Source: Trichlorobacter sp. (GTDB taxonomy: Bacteria > Desulfobacterota > Desulfuromonadia > Geobacterales > Pseudopelobacteraceae). Taken from it: DNA of 64,000 nt. The stretch lies in assembly GCA_034007105.1 (NCBI GenBank), contig JAVERM010000001.1, positions 8,434 through 72,433 of the forward strand. Direction: 5' to 3'. Made by a program: the position numbers and the translations under genes. This document shows positions 62,102 through 64,000 of the stretch, piece by piece (the stretch's first letter is position 1; the number at the start of each line of letters is the position of its first letter). A model generated the notes under the pieces. That model had not been told where the DNA came from, did no database searches, and saw only the letters and a program-made list of their open reading frames with translations.

Positions 62102-62884
62102 GAGCAACGCATACAATTCTTCCGGCGTCACAAATACGACGCCATATGTTTGTTCAAGCCACTCCCTATTGCTCTTTGCTAATACGGAGCCTTGCCCAGC
62201 ATTTTTTCCTTGATCTCGCGTGCAATAATGAGTGTTTTTATAGCCAACGTGAACAGCGACTGAATCCCCATCAACCCATTCAGAAAAAGCCTTTGCAATT
62301 GCTTTTTCTTCCGAATCTGGAGCCGCGCGTATCCCCTTCAACCAATCTTTAGGATCAGGGCTGTATTGGGCACCGATTTTTTTAATATGTGATACACCAG
62401 CGTTCCGCGCCTCAATTGCTCTTGAGACTTCGCCTGCCAATTCATTTCTGTCATGAGTCTCAGCCTCAGTTTGTCGAGCAAAGTATTCATCTTGAATGTC
62501 TGGATTTTTAAACCCACCTATGCGCGGGCAATGCAGGATCTTAAATCCAAGCGGAATTGCTTTTGCTAGATATTCGGATAAGTAAGAGTTGTTTCCAGGG
62601 TGGGCGCCTTTGTCTGGGTCGATCTTAAATCCTACTTTAATTACACCATTTGGCATTTCGTCTGTTGTGAACTCTATTTTTGGACTGTAACTTGCAAGCG
62701 AAGACTGGCGATCAGTTTTCTTAAACGCTTCTAAGGTAAATGTTGTTTCAGCAAGATATGCGTTTATCTTACCAGTTGATATAGCTTCTGAAATTTTTTG
62801 AAAGCAAGCACTTGCCGGATCATCTGGATAGTTGCTTGGATTACTAACTTGTTGCCACACATTTGAATCAAAAGTTACTTTCAT
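62096..62884 (-). CDS. Hypothetical PIN-like domain protein, second integron cassette
   Basis: MKVTFDSNVW, TLEA, WVDGDSVAVH, YCTRD acidic pattern; TAA stop lies inside attC R''. Confidence 0.7.
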   Translation of the reverse strand: MKVTFDSNVWQQVSNPSNYPDDPASACFQKISEAISTGKINAYLAETTFTLEAFKKTDRQSSLASYSPKIEFTTDEMPNGVIKVGFKIDPDKGAHPGNNSYLSEYLAKAIPLGFKILHCPRIGGFKNPDIQDEYFARQTEAETHDRNELAGEVSRAIEARNAGVSHIKKIGAQYSPDPKDWLKGIRAAPDSEEKAIAKAFSEWVDGDSVAVHVGYKNTHYCTRDQGKNAGQGSVLAKSNREWLEQTYGVVFVTPEELYALLA

Positions 62885-63375
62885 AGCCAGTTACTCCCAT
62901 GCTCGCCTAACGCTTGAGTTAAGCCGACGCCGCGAAGCGGCGTCGGCTTGAATGAATTGTTATGCATCTTGACCTCGATAAACCATTTTGGCTGCATGGC
63001 AGCGAAATCTTGGCGGATATTGGAAGGTAAGTAACTGGCTGAATCCAGCACGAAGGGTTGACCATTCACGCGCTTGAACACAACCCAGTGCCAAAAATTT
63101 TTACCTTCTTCCTGATGATGCTTGATAGACAACAAGGCGAGATCCGGCAATGTCTCCCAAAACTCAAACGGGGTTTCTTCATCAGAAGTTTCGACACCTA
63201 CGCTCGACAACATACGCCGGACATACTGTGTATCCGACCATAGCGATTTATCCGAAGCATAGATACCCATAGCATTGGCTTCGGCCTTCATCTCTGAGTA
63301 TGTCTTGCCCAGAATGTTGGCAACCGACGCGATTCCGCATCCGGTGGTTTCTTCCTGTACTACTGGTTTGAGCAC
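62881..63375 (-). CDS. Peptidase C39-like protein, first integron cassette
   Basis: QEETTGCGIAS (Gln/Cys), HWVV (His), VLDS (Asp); AAGGAG RBS, GTG start; ORF runs through attC. Confidence 0.75.
   Translation of the reverse strand: MLKPVVQEETTGCGIASVANILGKTYSEMKAEANAMGIYASDKSLWSDTQYVRRMLSSVGVETSDEETPFEFWETLPDLALLSIKHHQEEGKNFWHWVVFKRVNGQPFVLDSASYLPSNIRQDFAAMQPKWFIEVKMHNNSFKPTPLRGVGLTQALGEHGSNWL
62905..62965 (-). mobile_element. attC site (61 bp)
   Basis: Minus strand GCATAAC-AATTCATTCAAGCCGACGCCGCTTCGCGGCGTCGGCTTAACTCAAGC-GTTAGGC. Confidence 0.95.
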
Positions 63376-63390
63376 CGACGTCTCCTTGAT

Positions 63391-63408
63391 GCATAACGTG
63401 TATTAGAC
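63391..63408 (-). mobile_element. Putative attI site
   Basis: Minus strand GTCTAAT-ACAC-GTTATGC; GTTATGCATC is the complement of the first cassette's R'' (GATGCATAAC); lies between the array and the divergent intI. Confidence 0.78.
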
Positions 63409-63515
63409 ACCCTAAATTTGTGTTAAAAACGTCAAAAATGCTGCTGAAATTGAGTCGGCTTTGTGGTAACTTTCCGTTATTGTTTACCTAAATTTAATGA
63501 CAAAATCGTCCTAAA

Positions 63516-63711
63516 ATTCAGGAAAAACGCCCTGCAAAACCAGCCCGCCAAACCGAAACTTCTGCATCAGATTCGTGACTGTACTCGTCTGAATCATTAT
63601 AGTCGGAGAACCTAAGATATATACGTCGACTGGGCGAAACGTTTCATACCATACCATAATAAACGGCATCCGTAAGAGATGGGTAAACAGGAGATTGAAG
63701 CGTTTTTCACC
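63516..63711 (+). pseudogene. intI: Integron integrase N-terminal remnant
   Basis: Frame 1 from 63553: PKLLHQIRDCTRLNHYSRRT*DIYVDWAKRFIPYHNKRHP*EMGKQEIEAFFT; TAA at 63613 and 63673, no start codon, similarity ends ~63711. Confidence 0.9.
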
Positions 63712-64000
63712 ATACCATATACCCATTGCGCAAGATAAGGTACATGGCTTTCCATTGCAAGAGCTATAAGAAGATGGCGTTTAAGTCCACAGGACCAGGT
63801 AGGTCTTTTACTGGTTTCAGTGTGGACATGAACATCTCCCCTTTTTTCTGTTGGGTAGTTAGGATGGAATAATAGGGTATTTTTGGTGATATTTCAAGTT
63901 ATGTGCTGTTGGGGTGATTTTGCTGTAAGCTTGATAGAATGGGGCTTAGAGGGGGTTTTTACTGCTTGCGGTTAGGGTAAAATGGTGGAGGGAACGACGA

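Noticed and set aside
62020-62112. N-terminal extension of the GNAT ORF (MRCSPNNSFKPTPLRR...)
   Set aside because: It is the translated attC; the GNAT domain starts at ATG 62019.
62043-62965. Repeated ~60-bp palindromes as CRISPR repeats or terminators
   Set aside because: Spacing is gene-sized and the ends are RYYYAAC/GTTRRRY, so they are attC sites; no CRISPR array seen in the window.
63465-63488. GGTAA...TTACC dyad upstream of intI as a LexA box
   Set aside because: Matches neither CTGT-N8-ACAG nor the GGTT-N2-C-N4-G-N3-ACC form I recall for Geobacter.
63596-63629. Pc-like cassette promoter inside intI
   Set aside because: TCGACG sits at the class 1 Pc -35 position but the matching -10 is CCGACT; the nearby TATAAT is 22 nt away, so spacing does not fit.
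63511-63726. 71-aa minus-strand ORF in the track
   Set aside because: Antisense shadow of the intI pseudogene.

Overview
Mostly core chromosome of a Geobacteraceae-like deltaproteobacterium (inferred from gene content and order). In order: a type II secretion operon (gspD partial to gspN), glgP, rarA, an isolated hisC-hisB pair, a flagellar cluster (fliL to flgL, no flgM), leuCD, tRNA-Asp, hcp with an HcpR-type box, then signalling, metabolic and housekeeping genes, including a divergent diadenylate-cyclase-fold protein. The last ~2.7 kb after tRNA-Leu(TAA) is accessory. It holds a decayed integron: an intI pseudogene, attI, and three cassettes (C39-peptidase-like, PIN-like, GNAT) with two ~60-bp attC sites. 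Next to it is a small [2Fe-2S]/CopZ-N-like gene whose apparent TGA stop is very probably selenocysteine, since it forms a UC motif and is followed by a SECIS-like hairpin. Other oddities are a flhB with only a CTG start that is in frame with the fliR TGA, and a 145-bp periodic inverted-repeat element. All calls come from reading motifs by eye; no database searches were run.
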